From an uncultured Prevotellaceae bacterium (GTDB lineage: Bacteria; Bacteroidota; Bacteroidia; Bacteroidales; Bacteroidaceae): 64,000 nucleotides of DNA. Of the stretch, positions 1 to 11,857 are shown piece by piece; positions within the stretch are counted from its first letter, which is position 1; each line of letters begins with the position of its first letter. The stretch spans positions 464-64,463 of the forward strand of contig CACXPX010000014.1 in assembly GCA_902769705.1 (NCBI GenBank), given 5' to 3'. The translations under genes were made by a program, and so were the position numbers. A model generated the notes under the pieces. It was given only the letters and a program-made list of their open reading frames with translations, had not been told where the DNA came from and did not search any database.

Positions 1-76
1 TAAAGGGGTAAGGTGTGAAAAAGGTAAAAGAGGTTCGAGAGAGGAGGATTGCCAAGCGCGCAGGCAAAAACACTTT

Positions 77-116
77 AACTATGAACTATGAACTATGAAT
101 TATGAACTCTGAACTA
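77..116. repeat. Heptamer tandem repeat (AACTATG)n, about 5.5 copies
   Basis: aactatg x3, aattatg, aactctg, aacta read directly. Confidence 0.9.
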
Positions 117-344
117 GTTTCGCTCCCCAACTCCCAGCCCCCCAACTCCTGAGAAGGAAATAGAGGATAAAGAGGGCTTCACCACCTGTCAAAAGCCACT
201 TATGAGGGCCTTAAAGGCCGCTTCTTGTGAAAGAAAAGACCCAGTATCCTTTCCCTCCGCCCCCCGAAGAGGGTACCGCGCGCCAGGCCTCTGAGTAGAG
301 AACCTGCGGCAAGACCAAGCGCTCTTTGAAACATCGAAAGACAA

Positions 345-377
345 TTTGTGGGGTTCTGCAAGCGCGGGCTAACTTTG
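345..377 (+). promoter_or_regulatory. Bacteroidetes sigma70-type promoter facing the 3' end of the atp operon
   Basis: TTTG (345-348), 21-nt spacer, TAACTTTG (370-377). Confidence 0.5.
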
Positions 378-432
378 CAACGTAAAAACAACTAAATCGG
401 CAACATAGGTCAACTGCTATGTCAATGGGCAC

Positions 433-497
433 AAAAAAAGGCTCACACCCCCGATGTGCCGCAAAGGAATGTCGGCGCACCTGGGGATGCAAGTCTT
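433..497 (-). terminator. Long-stem intrinsic terminator of the atp operon
   Basis: Imperfect inverted repeat 438-497 followed by a T7 run on the minus strand, 14 nt after the atpG stop. Confidence 0.75.
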
Positions 498-511
498 CCC
501 AGAAAACAGAT

Positions 512-1483
512 TTAGTTATTGACGCTGCCTCCAACGATGTCGAGCAGCTCGCTTGTGATGGCTTGCTGACGCGACTTGTTGTACTGCAGATTGAGTTCGC
601 GCAAGAGCTCATCAGCGTTGTCGGTGGCTGTCTGCATGGCTACCATGCGGGCGGCATGTTCCGAGGCGTTGCTGTCGAGCAGTGCAGTGTAGAGCATCAG
701 GTGTGCGAGCTTGGGGATGAGGTGGCTGAGCACGGTTTGCATGTCGGGCTCCACGATGAAGTTGTCGTTCAGAGGCTTCACGTTCTCCTGTTCGCGTTGG
801 GCATCGCGCTCGCGCTCGCGCCGCTTGAGGTATTCCTGAGCCTCTTTGGTGACGATGCTTGACGAGAGGTCGCGCTCTTTGTCGCGTGCCAGCTCGTCGC
901 TGATGTCGATGGGCAGGAATGTCTTGCGGGTGAGCACTTGTGAGCCTGCGCTCTTGAAGTGATGGTAGAACATTTCAACGCGGTCGATTTCTCCATCTAC
1001 AAACTTCTTCCCCAGTTCCATAGCTATCCGGATGCAGTCTTGCACGTTGGGCTTGTCGGCCAAGGCTGTGAAGTCGCCTGCTACGGGATATCCGAGCTTG
1101 GAGGCTTTTTCGGCCACTTTGCGCCCTATGGGATAGATTTCGATGTTGTCTTTTCCCAGGTGGGCGTATTCGTCCATAGCTTGCTGCATCATCTTGATGA
1201 CATTGGAGTTGAAACCTCCGCAGAGTGAGCTGTTGGAGCTGTAGACGATGAGTGCCACGCGCTTCACGGGCCGCTCCTGGCTGAAGACGGTGGAGGCGTC
1301 GGCTTCGCTGGCAAGGAACGTCTTGAGGATGTGCTCGAGCATGGTCTCGTAGGGGAGCATGTTCTCGATCATCTGCTGGGCGTGGTGCAGCTTGGACGAT
1401 GCCACCATCTTCATGGCACTCGTGATTTTACGGGTGCTGTTGACAGAAGCTATTCGGCCTTTGATTTCTTTCAGACTAGGCAT
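512..1483 (-). CDS. atpG: ATP synthase F1 gamma subunit
   Basis: N-term SLKEIKGRIASVNSTRKITSAMKMVA; SEHAARMVAMQTATDNA; RQQAITSELLDIVGG. Confidence 0.98.
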   Translation of the reverse strand: MPSLKEIKGRIASVNSTRKITSAMKMVASSKLHHAQQMIENMLPYETMLEHILKTFLASEADASTVFSQERPVKRVALIVYSSNSSLCGGFNSNVIKMMQQAMDEYAHLGKDNIEIYPIGRKVAEKASKLGYPVAGDFTALADKPNVQDCIRIAMELGKKFVDGEIDRVEMFYHHFKSAGSQVLTRKTFLPIDISDELARDKERDLSSSIVTKEAQEYLKRRERERDAQREQENVKPLNDNFIVEPDMQTVLSHLIPKLAHLMLYTALLDSNASEHAARMVAMQTATDNADELLRELNLQYNKSRQQAITSELLDIVGGSVNN

Positions 1484-1550
1484 AGTTTCATTTGACTATT
1501 TTACCATTTACTGTTTCACAACTGCCATCTGCACGAGGGCCTATAGGCAA

Positions 1551-1574
1551 AAATCGTGAAATCGTCAAATCGTC
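1551..1574. repeat. Octamer tandem repeat (AAATCGTS)x3 between atpA and atpG
   Basis: aaatcgtg aaatcgtc aaatcgtc. Confidence 0.7.
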
Positions 1575-1576
1575 AA

Positions 1577-3160
1577 TTAATTATATGTTCCTGCGATGTC
1601 TTCCATCACGGCCTCAATGGCTTTCGACGTATCGTCGTCGATTTTGCCGCTTCCCAGGGTCTCGATGATTTCGGGATGCGTGGTGCGCACTTTCTCGAGG
1701 AAGGCGTCCTGACACTCGCGAACCTTGTCGATGGGCACATTGCGCATGAGGCCGTGCACTCCGCAATAGAGGATGGCCACCTGCTCGCCTACGGGCATGG
1801 GGTTGTATTGAGGCTGGATGAGCAGCTGGTTGTTCTTGCGGCCTCGATCGAGTGTCATAGCTGTGACGGCGTCCATGTCGCTGGAGAACTTGGAGAATGC
1901 CTCGAGCTCACGATACTGCGCCTGGTCGATTTTCAGCGTTCCAGCCACTTTCTTCATCGACTTGATTTGTGCGGAGCCACCCACACGCGACACTGAGATA
2001 CCGACGTTGATGGCGGGTCGGAATCCTTGGTTGAAGAGGTCGCTCTCGAGGTAGATCTGTCCGTCGGTGATGGAGATGACATTCGTGGGGATGTAGGCCG
2101 ACACGTCGCCTGCCTGTGTCTCGATGATGGGCAGGGCTGTGAGCGAGCCACCTCCGCGCACATGTCCCTTCATGCACTCGGGCAGGTCGTTCATCTGTTC
2201 GGCCACTTCCTGCTGCTCGTTGATCTTGGCTGCACGCTCGAGCAGACGGGAGTGCAGATAGAACACGTCGCCAGGATAGGCTTCGCGGCCTGAAGGACGG
2301 CGCAGAATGAGCGACACCTCACGATAGGCCACAGCCTGCTTGGAAAGGTCGTCGTAGACCACGAGGGCGGCAAATCCACGGTCGCGGAAATATTCGCCGA
2401 TGGCTGCTCCTGCGAATGGTGCATAGTATTGCATGGCGGCTGGATCGGCAGCTGTTGCAGAGACGATGATGGTGTATGGCAGGGCACCATGCTCCTTCAG
2501 GTTCTGCACGAGAGCGGCAACTGTGGACGCTTTTTGGCCGATGGCCACATAGATACAATAGACAGGCTTTCCTGCCTCATAGAAACTCTTCTGGTTGATG
2601 ATGGTGTCAACGGCGATGGCAGTCTTACCCGTCTGACGGTCGCCGATAATGAGCTCACGCTGGCCGCGTCCGATAGGAATCATCGAGTCGACAGCTTTCA
2701 ATCCCGTCTGCAGGGGCTCTTTCACCGGCTGGCGATAGATCACGCCCGGGGCCTTGCGGTCGAGTGGCATCTCGAAAGCACCTGTGAGGTCGATGTCGCC
2801 CTTGCCGTCGATGGCTTGTCCGAGAGGGTTGATGACACGTCCCAGCATGTTGTCGTTCACTCGGATTGACGCAATGCGGTGGGTGCGCTTCACAACTTGC
2901 CCTTCCTTGATACCAGACGTGGAACCCAGCAGCACACAACCCACGTTGTCTTCCTCCAGGTTCATCACAATAGCCATCGTGCCGTTTTCGAACTCAAGCA
3001 ACTCGTTGGCCTCAGCATTGCGCAAACCATAGATGCGGGCCACACCGTCGCTCACCTGGAGCACAGTTCCCACCTCGTCGAACTTGGCGCTGTCGCTGAT
3101 GCCTTGCAATTGCTGGAGCAACACTGCTGACACTTCGCTTGGTTTTATTTTGTCTGACAT
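1577..3160 (-). CDS. atpA: ATP synthase F1 alpha subunit
   Basis: Walker [47 protein letters not shown]. Confidence 0.99.
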   Translation of the reverse strand: MSDKIKPSEVSAVLLQQLQGISDSAKFDEVGTVLQVSDGVARIYGLRNAEANELLEFENGTMAIVMNLEEDNVGCVLLGSTSGIKEGQVVKRTHRIASIRVNDNMLGRVINPLGQAIDGKGDIDLTGAFEMPLDRKAPGVIYRQPVKEPLQTGLKAVDSMIPIGRGQRELIIGDRQTGKTAIAVDTIINQKSFYEAGKPVYCIYVAIGQKASTVAALVQNLKEHGALPYTIIVSATAADPAAMQYYAPFAGAAIGEYFRDRGFAALVVYDDLSKQAVAYREVSLILRRPSGREAYPGDVFYLHSRLLERAAKINEQQEVAEQMNDLPECMKGHVRGGGSLTALPIIETQAGDVSAYIPTNVISITDGQIYLESDLFNQGFRPAINVGISVSRVGGSAQIKSMKKVAGTLKIDQAQYRELEAFSKFSSDMDAVTAMTLDRGRKNNQLLIQPQYNPMPVGEQVAILYCGVHGLMRNVPIDKVRECQDAFLEKVRTTHPEIIETLGSGKIDDDTSKAIEAVMEDIAGTYN

Positions 3161-3240
3161 TGTTTTATTTTTTAATTGGGAATTAATGGGAGTTATCAGG
3201 AGGGTTAAGGAATCATTTTTCCGTTAACTTCCAAGCTGCC

Positions 3241-3278
3241 CTCCCCTCCCTACGGGGGAGGGGTCGGGGGAGAGGCTT
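3241..3278. repeat. REP-like palindromic element, intergenic copy
   Basis: CCCCTCCC/GGGAGGGG stem; 37/38 identical to the reverse complement of 18421-18458. Confidence 0.85.
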
Positions 3279-3302
3279 CCCTATTCACTCCATTATAATC
3301 AA

Positions 3303-3839
3303 TTATCTCTTTAGTTCCGTGAGAATGGAATTGAGTTTCGACTTGACACTCGCATCCATGCGATACGTATCGTACTCGAGGATGAAACCACCGATGATAT
3401 CAGGGTCTACCTCGGTTTGAAACTCAACGGTTCCCTGAGTCTTCGTCTCCACCATCTGCTTCATCTTCGCCTCGGTTTCGGGCGAAACGGCAGTGGCAGT
3501 GATAAGGCGTCCACGGGTGATGTTCTTCTGTTGACGGTAGAGCGTAACAAACGAATTGGCCATCAATTGCAAGGTGCTTTCCCTATCCTCGTCGAGCACC
3601 AGAAGCAGAAAGCGCTTGGTAAGCTCCGAGGGATTGCCTCCGCAAGCTGTCTCCAGCAGGCTCTGCTTTTGTTCTTTCACGAGCATGGGATTGTCAATGG
3701 TGAAGCGCAATTGCGGCACTTCGATGTAAGATGCCGCCAATGTTTGCATATCGGCATACACCTGCGACTCGATGTGCATGGCAACAGCACTTTTCAAAAG
3801 TGCCCTCGCGTATCTTACTGAAACCACACCTAAATCCAT
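3303..3839 (-). CDS. atpH: ATP synthase F1 delta subunit
   Basis: SVRYARALL start, VDPDIIGGFIL...DASVKSKL end, operon position. Confidence 0.95.
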   Translation of the reverse strand: MDLGVVSVRYARALLKSAVAMHIESQVYADMQTLAASYIEVPQLRFTIDNPMLVKEQKQSLLETACGGNPSELTKRFLLLVLDEDRESTLQLMANSFVTLYRQQKNITRGRLITATAVSPETEAKMKQMVETKTQGTVEFQTEVDPDIIGGFILEYDTYRMDASVKSKLNSILTELKR

Positions 3840-3869
3840 ATCACTCCTTGTTGTGCTTCTTCGTTATTG

Positions 3870-4379
3870 TCAATTCACGTTCTTCCTGTCACCAGTAACC
3901 TCATCCAGCAGCCGGTTGATCAAATCCATCTGCTTTTTGTCGTCGGAAAGATTCTCGCGCACCACCTTTTCGGCTATCAGCACGCTCAACTCGGCCACCT
4001 GTGCACGGATGTCGCGTATGGCGTTTTGCTTCTCCGCCTCTATCTCGGCCTTAGCCTCAGAGAGCAGACGCGCACCTTCCTCACGCGCTTTTCCTTGCGC
4101 CTTCTCTACGATGGCGTCTCGCGTCTCGGTAGCTTCTTTCAAGATCTGAGCTTGCTTTTCACGAGCCTCTTGCAGAATGGATTCACCTTCGCGTTGGATA
4201 TTGGCCAGTCGCTCGTTAGCCTCATGCGCCTTGCGCAAGCTCTCGTCGATGAAAGCCTTACGCTCGTTGGTCATGTTCACAATGACGGGGAATCCCCATT
4301 TCCAAAGGATGAACAAGACAACGAGGAACACAAGTCCCATCCAGAACAACAAACCACTATCAGGAATTAATAAATCCAT
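3870..4379 (-). CDS. atpF: ATP synthase Fo b subunit
   Basis: Single N-terminal TM (PDSGLLFWM) followed by a long charged coiled coil. Confidence 0.95.
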   Translation of the reverse strand: MDLLIPDSGLLFWMGLVFLVVLFILWKWGFPVIVNMTNERKAFIDESLRKAHEANERLANIQREGESILQEAREKQAQILKEATETRDAIVEKAQGKAREEGARLLSEAKAEIEAEKQNAIRDIRAQVAELSVLIAEKVVRENLSDDKKQMDLINRLLDEVTGDRKNVN

Positions 4380-4434
4380 ATACTATTGGTTAATGGTTTA
4401 AGATTCAACAGCTTGGAAACCAAGCCATTAAGAA

Positions 4435-4689
<255 letters not shown>

Positions 4690-4730
4690 TTAATTGTTTA
4701 TAATTTTTTTAATCTTCATTCTTTTTATGG

Positions 4731-5852
4731 TTAAGCCTCGTGGGCTTCATGCTCTTTCACATGAGCAAGCGAGAGGAATATTGCACTCAGCATGGTGAAC
4801 ACCAACGCCTGAATGAAACACACAAGAACCTCGAGGAGCATCATGAAGACACTCATCGCAACACTGACAAACGTCATCGAGACGCCAGCAAAGGCATTGA
4901 TGCCCCACATGATGAAAATGATGCAGGCAAACGAAAGGGCGATGGCGTGTCCGGCCATCATGTTTGCAAACAAACGAATCATCAATGCAAAGGGCTTGGT
5001 AAAGATACCAAAGAACTCTATGAACGGCATGATGGCTACAGGATAGGCCTTCAGCCAAGTGGGCACCTCGGGCCAGAAGATTTCCTTCCAATATTCCTTC
5101 GTTCCCGTGACATTCACCACGATGAACGTGCAGAGGGCAAGGAAGAACGTGCAGGCGATGTTTCCCGTCAGATTGCCTCCGAAAGGCGGGAATGGGATGA
5201 TACCCAGCACATTGGCCGTCAGGATGAAGAAGAAGCACGTGAGGAGATAGGGAGCGTATTTGGGCGCCTCGTCTCCAAGAATGCTCTTGATGACATCATT
5301 GTATATATACATGATGAACATGTGCATAAAGCCCGTGAAGCCTTTGGGGGCAGGATCGTCCACCTTGTGCTTCTTACACCAGCGTGCAGGAAGCAATACG
5401 CACAGCAGAAGGACAATGGCCACAACAAAAAGGAACACAACCGTCTTCGTGATAGACAAATCGAACGGACGTCGCTCGGTTCCATCGGGCATCAGCTCCA
5501 CAATCTTGTTCTCGTAAGGTCCGCTTGTGGCAATGCACAGATTGGTGCCCTCGGGGCCTTTCCGATAGACAGGAGCCGCTCCTTCAGCATGTGCCTCTCC
5601 CCCACCGTGATGACCCTCCTCGAAGTCGCTGGAACATCCGAAATACCAGCCGTTGGAGGTCTTCACGATAACAGGCAGATGGATGACAATGGGCTTGTCG
5701 CCTATGTTTGTCACATGCCACTCGTAAGAGTCTTTGATATGTCCCCACAAGATGCTCTTCACGTCGACTTGCGGCTTCTCTTCCTGCGCACTCATGGGGG
5801 CAGAAACAACAAGCAACAAGAGCAACAAGAGCAGATGTCTGAGATTTTTCAT
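4731..5852 (-). CDS. atpB: ATP synthase Fo a subunit with N-terminal signal-like extension
   Basis: KPFALMIRLFANMMAGH, FIQALVFTMLSAIF. Confidence 0.97.
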   Translation of the reverse strand: MKNLRHLLLLLLLLVVSAPMSAQEEKPQVDVKSILWGHIKDSYEWHVTNIGDKPIVIHLPVIVKTSNGWYFGCSSDFEEGHHGGGEAHAEGAAPVYRKGPEGTNLCIATSGPYENKIVELMPDGTERRPFDLSITKTVVFLFVVAIVLLLCVLLPARWCKKHKVDDPAPKGFTGFMHMFIMYIYNDVIKSILGDEAPKYAPYLLTCFFFILTANVLGIIPFPPFGGNLTGNIACTFFLALCTFIVVNVTGTKEYWKEIFWPEVPTWLKAYPVAIMPFIEFFGIFTKPFALMIRLFANMMAGHAIALSFACIIFIMWGINAFAGVSMTFVSVAMSVFMMLLEVLVCFIQALVFTMLSAIFLSLAHVKEHEAHEA

Positions 5853-5864
5853 ATCTGTCGTTTA

Positions 5865-6311
5865 TTATAGTTTATTACGCTTTTCAACTTTTGCAAAATA
5901 CACGCAATCCAACACCAGCAGAGCGATGTAGTATGCAAGAAAAATGAATGTGAACTTCAGCATCATGCCACGAATGGCGGGAGTTCCATCAACGTTTGTC
6001 GCTGAACGGTTCACGATGAAGTAAACCAACACCAACAATACGGCGGCCATCATCCGCAAGGCGGGAGCGGCAAGATAGAACTTCGTGAGCGAAGCAGGCG
6101 AACTCTTTGCAATCCCCTTCCAGGAAGCCTCGTAGGCAATGCTGGTGAGAAAAGAGAACGCAGCGCTGATGAGAATGGCATTAAGCACCGAAGAATTCCA
6201 ATAGGGAGAACCTCCGAGAAGCAGAAGCATCAACAACGTGAGCCCCGCTATTATCCACAAACTCAGTTTGTAGTATTTGTGCCCGATTGCATCTATCTCT
6301 TTTGCTTCCAT
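5865..6311 (-). CDS. Four-TM membrane protein in the atp operon (AtpI/AtpR-like position)
   Basis: Four hydrophobic segments; lies between atpC and atpB. Confidence 0.75.
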   Translation of the reverse strand: MEAKEIDAIGHKYYKLSLWIIAGLTLLMLLLLGGSPYWNSSVLNAILISAAFSFLTSIAYEASWKGIAKSSPASLTKFYLAAPALRMMAAVLLVLVYFIVNRSATNVDGTPAIRGMMLKFTFIFLAYYIALLVLDCVYFAKVEKRNKL

Positions 6312-6345
6312 TCGTTAAGCACTCTCAAGGCAACACAGCCCTAAC

Positions 6346-6606
6346 TTACTCGCCTTGCTCTTCTTTCACTTCCACACAAAGCGACACTTCATTCTTCTTC
6401 ACCGTCACGAATCCGCCCAGAATCATCAATTGGGCTTTTCCTTCGTGGGTGGCGTATTCCACTTTCCCCTTGTCGAGCAACGAGATGATGGGAGCATGGT
6501 CGTTCAGAATCTCGAACTGGCCGAGACTTCCTGGAACCAACACGCTTTCAACATCACCTTCAAACTCCACCTTTTCCGGAGAAACGATTTTAAGTTTCAA
6601 GCTCAT
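6346..6606 (-). CDS. atpC: ATP synthase F1 epsilon subunit, short form (beta-sandwich only)
   Basis: LKIVSPEKVEFEGDVESVLVPGSLGQFEILNDHAPIISLL; ends at 86 aa. Confidence 0.95.
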   Translation of the reverse strand: MSLKLKIVSPEKVEFEGDVESVLVPGSLGQFEILNDHAPIISLLDKGKVEYATHEGKAQLMILGGFVTVKKNEVSLCVEVKEEQGE

Positions 6607-6652
6607 AACTTCAGTTTTTTTCTTCCAGACTAAAACATCTGAAAATTAGAGA

Positions 6653-8188
<1,536 letters not shown>

Positions 8189-8229
8189 TTATTTAAAGTA
8201 GATATAATGAATTCCAAATATTCAGAAGG

Positions 8230-8261
8230 CAAAGATAATCAATTTTTTCATTACCGCCAAA
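8230..8261 (-). promoter_or_regulatory. Promoter of the atp operon
   Basis: Minus strand TTTG (8261-8258), 20-nt spacer, TATCTTTG (8237-8230). Confidence 0.8.
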
Positions 8262-8273
8262 CAATTCATGCAA

Positions 8274-10313
8274 TTATTTCACCTTCAGATTCACAACCAT
8301 CGTAGCGGTATATCTGTGTCCTCCAACCATATATTGGATGGCTTGACGGACCACATATGTTTTCCCGCGCACAAGCCGGCCGGGATATTGGCCTACATAG
8401 CATCCATATTGGTCGGGATAGAACTCGGCATATATGCGGGCGCTGGAATCATATCCGCAAACATTGCCGTCATTGTTGAACCAATGTCCATAGCAGGTGT
8501 TCGAACTGGTTGAGGTTGTTGTTCCTGTGGTTATCGCTCCATTGGCGCTGATACCCACAAATCGCGGGTTAGACGACGCTGTACGCCCCACGCTCTTCAT
8601 CTGTGCCGTGCTCAGTCCAAGTGCCTGGCTGACGGCAGCCATATCATATTGCACACGCACGCTGCTGTATGAATTGCTGCTATATTCCAGTTCGGCATTG
8701 ATGTATACGGTAGTGTCTTTACGCTGATAGTCAGAGGGATACTCAGCAAAGTCGCCATACATTCCCGTCCCTTCGAACTGCACCTCATAGGGCCATTGCT
8801 CGTCGTTGGAACTGTTGTCATCCCAAGGATGGCGCCAATATTCGGTTGGTGCTCCCATCACCACGAAGAAAACCTTCTGGCAATCTACGGGCACTTCCAA
8901 CTCGGCAGTTCCTTCCTTGTCGCGTCCCACAGGACCGTAGATGGTATTCCCATCCACCGTATAGGCCACAAATCCATATCGCCAACCAGCTTTGTCGACA
9001 TTGATAGCACGATAGCCCTTTTCGCCAGCAATCCCTTTGAAATGGGCCTTGAGCGAGGTTCCAGCCGAAACGGGATTCAGGTTGATGATGTTGTAGCCAT
9101 AGTTTTGCGGGCAATAAGCCGCATCCACACGCCATACGGAAGGTTGTTCCGAAATCTTTGTCAGATGGCTTTGATGTTGGCCTATGCGATGTTTGGCTGC
9201 CTCACGAACGCCATCGATGTCCCATGTGGCCATACGTGCGAAACCTTCATAGAACTCATCGTTTAGTTCCTCTTGCGACAGTTTGTTCAATCGCTTATAG
9301 GTCTGCACAGGATCTTCTGGCTTTATTGATTCACGCCACATGCGACCGATGAAATCCTTTCCGTGCTTCATGCACCAGTAGTCTTGCACGAAACAATTCT
9401 GATAGCGCCAATCCTCGTGCATCAAGTTCAAATGGCACAAAGGAAGATGACCTTCAAAATACTCGCCATCGGTGAATTGCCGTTCAGGATAGACTTTATA
9501 GGCTTGCCAATTGGCACAACTTTCCCACCATCCATTGCCTCCTGACGCATTTTCACCATAGCCGTAGTTGTAGCCGTGAGACTGTCCGAGGTCGGCAGAA
9601 ACAAGATATTGGAATGTGTGTCCCACCTCATGCGCCACAGTATGACCGCCGCGAGCATTCAAGGCATCAGGGTTCATGTGGCCTATACCGGTCTTGTTAT
9701 CCACGCCTGACGCATCAGCTCGCCATTCGGTTTGATATAACACATAGAGTTGAATCTTGTAAGTGTTTGTGGTTGACTTTCCCTTGATGAATCCCAACTC
9801 ATCCACATACACGCGCCAGATGTTTTCTGCCTGACGCAGAACAGTTGCCGGATTGAAGCGATAATTACTTGGGGCTTTGGTTGGGTCGTCTCCAAAACCT
9901 TTTTCCCAAAACACCACGAAATGCTCACTCTCCATACTACGTTGGAAACTCCATCGAGAAATGTTCGACAAATAATTGTTTCCACTGTAGGTACTGGGCT
10001 TCCAAAGGATTCTTCCCGGGTCTTTCAACACAATGCTACCCGGGAAATTGTCGCCACCCATGACGACCGATAACGACAAGTCCATGTGGCCATTGTCGAG
10101 CGAAGGGCTATAAAGCCTCAGCACAGGCGTGTCACTATTGTCGCCCAACCTGAACTCCAAACTCTCATACGACTTTACACTCAACACGCGATTGGGCTTA
10201 AAACGGTCGGTGTATTTCACCCAAATGGTGTCTTGCGCCGAGACGGAAGCCGCGATGGCAAACATGGCCAACAACAACAAGAGTGTTCTTCTCATATTAT
10301 TATCCTCCGTCAT
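8274..10313 (-). CDS. Secreted putative zinc metallopeptidase-like protein (DUF6055/DUF4859-like architecture); alternative start 10295
   Basis: Signal peptide MRRTLLLLLAMFAIAASVSA; HEVGH zinc motif with downstream WWWES-type Glu (GWWESCANW); family names from recall, not searched. Confidence 0.75.
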   Translation of the reverse strand: MTEDNNMRRTLLLLLAMFAIAASVSAQDTIWVKYTDRFKPNRVLSVKSYESLEFRLGDNSDTPVLRLYSPSLDNGHMDLSLSVVMGGDNFPGSIVLKDPGRILWKPSTYSGNNYLSNISRWSFQRSMESEHFVVFWEKGFGDDPTKAPSNYRFNPATVLRQAENIWRVYVDELGFIKGKSTTNTYKIQLYVLYQTEWRADASGVDNKTGIGHMNPDALNARGGHTVAHEVGHTFQYLVSADLGQSHGYNYGYGENASGGNGWWESCANWQAYKVYPERQFTDGEYFEGHLPLCHLNLMHEDWRYQNCFVQDYWCMKHGKDFIGRMWRESIKPEDPVQTYKRLNKLSQEELNDEFYEGFARMATWDIDGVREAAKHRIGQHQSHLTKISEQPSVWRVDAAYCPQNYGYNIINLNPVSAGTSLKAHFKGIAGEKGYRAINVDKAGWRYGFVAYTVDGNTIYGPVGRDKEGTAELEVPVDCQKVFFVVMGAPTEYWRHPWDDNSSNDEQWPYEVQFEGTGMYGDFAEYPSDYQRKDTTVYINAELEYSSNSYSSVRVQYDMAAVSQALGLSTAQMKSVGRTASSNPRFVGISANGAITTGTTTSTSSNTCYGHWFNNDGNVCGYDSSARIYAEFYPDQYGCYVGQYPGRLVRGKTYVVRQAIQYMVGGHRYTATMVVNLKVK

Positions 10314-10738
10314 TTCACCACTATCTTCTTGCCATTTACCACATATATGCCCTTCGGAAGCATTGAATGGTTCAACAAAAGACCATCCGAAGCATCCCGC
10401 ACACGTCTGCCTTGCAAGTCGAAAACACCTTCGGGTGTCTGCCTTTCATCGTTTGTCAACTGCACGTCTTCAATCCCGTCTACAATGCGTTTTTCAAACG
10501 TGATGGCTACCACATCGTCTGACGAGAATGCCTGTCCGTTCACTAAGATTTTGCGTTCGCCACGATTGATACTGGGGCCTATGAAATCAGCAGCATTGGA
10601 AAGCATTACCGATTCCACCGCCCCACTATTCATCTCAATATTAACGAACGTGGCGGTGACATCTTCCCCCCATGCACACACGGGAAAAGAAAACATCACC
10701 ACGCCCAATAAGGTTAACACCTTGCTTATATTTTTCAT
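10310..10738 (-). CDS. Small secreted protein with T9SS-type C-terminal sorting domain
   Basis: Signal peptide; C-term GVFDLQGRRV...LPKGIYVVNGKKIVVK; ATGA overlap with the next gene. Confidence 0.8.
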   Translation of the reverse strand: MKNISKVLTLLGVVMFSFPVCAWGEDVTATFVNIEMNSGAVESVMLSNAADFIGPSINRGERKILVNGQAFSSDDVVAITFEKRIVDGIEDVQLTNDERQTPEGVFDLQGRRVRDASDGLLLNHSMLPKGIYVVNGKKIVVK

Positions 10739-10810
10739 TAAGCCGTTTTTTATATACAGTTGAGTATTAACAGCTTATCCGATCAAAGAGATAAGCCTGT
10801 TGCACCGATA

Positions 10811-11788
10811 TCAGATGCTGAGTTCATCAAGAACCTTGATGAGTTTTCTATCGAATGGCTTGTCGCTTCGGATAGCCTCAGACAGCGGAACGTAAACCAC
10901 TTCGTTGTTTCTCACTCCCACCATCACATTGCGTTGTCCTTGAAGGATAGCCTCGATGGCACCCACACCTGTGCGAGAAGCCAGGATACGGTCGTGAGCT
11001 GTCGGACGTCCACCACGTTGCAGATGACCAAGGATAGACACCCGCACATCATATTCGGGGAACTCTTTCTTCACGCGGTCGGCATAATAGAGGGCACCAC
11101 ACTTGGGACTCTCGGATACGATGACAATACACGACTTCTTAGACTTGCGGATACCACGTTCCATGAAACGTGCCAACTGGTCGACGTCGGTGGAGTCTTC
11201 GGGAATGATGGCTGCTTCTGCTCCGCTGGCAATAGCCGAGTTCTGAGCAAGGAATCCCGCATCACGTCCCATCACCTCAACAAAGAAGATGCGCTCGTGG
11301 CTTTGTGCGGTGTCACGGATGCGGTCCACACAATCCATGATGGTGTTCATCGTGGTGTCATAGCCAATGGTGGAGTCGGTGCCATAGAGGTCGTTATCGA
11401 TGGTACCAGGCAAGCCAATGCAGCAGACGTCAAACTCACGGGCGAAATTCATGGCACCTGTCAGCGAGCCGTTTCCACCAATCACGATGAGTGCCTGCAT
11501 GTCGTGCTTCTGCATGTTTTCGTAAGCTTTCTTCATTCCCTCCATCGTCATGAACTCTTTCGAGCGTGCCGTCTTCAGGATGGTACCTCCCGACATGATA
11601 ATGCCACTCACATTCTCGGTGGTGAAATCCCTGATTTCTCCATTGATAAGGCCGTCGTAGCCACGATAGATTCCCTTGATGTTGAATCCGTTACAGATGC
11701 CTGCACGTGTAACGGCACGAATAGCTGCATTCATTCCCGGAGCATCACCTCCCGAGGTCAACACTCCTATCGTCTTTATCTTTGCCAT
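10811..11788 (-). CDS. pfkA: 6-phosphofructokinase
   Basis: [33 protein letters not shown]. Confidence 0.98.
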   Translation of the reverse strand: MAKIKTIGVLTSGGDAPGMNAAIRAVTRAGICNGFNIKGIYRGYDGLINGEIRDFTTENVSGIIMSGGTILKTARSKEFMTMEGMKKAYENMQKHDMQALIVIGGNGSLTGAMNFAREFDVCCIGLPGTIDNDLYGTDSTIGYDTTMNTIMDCVDRIRDTAQSHERIFFVEVMGRDAGFLAQNSAIASGAEAAIIPEDSTDVDQLARFMERGIRKSKKSCIVIVSESPKCGALYYADRVKKEFPEYDVRVSILGHLQRGGRPTAHDRILASRTGVGAIEAILQGQRNVMVGVRNNEVVYVPLSEAIRSDKPFDRKLIKVLDELSI

Positions 11789-11857
11789 ATGTATTGAGTT
11801 TTAAGTTTTTTTGATTGAGTATCGAATTGATGAGTTTTTCTCTTTATTGCGAGTCTG

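Noticed and set aside
150-260. AGCCACT...AAGG...AAGACC resembling a cobalamin riboswitch
   Set aside because: The GGGAA, GGTG-AA-TCC and GCCACTG/GGGAAG core cannot be assembled, and no downstream B12 gene is present.
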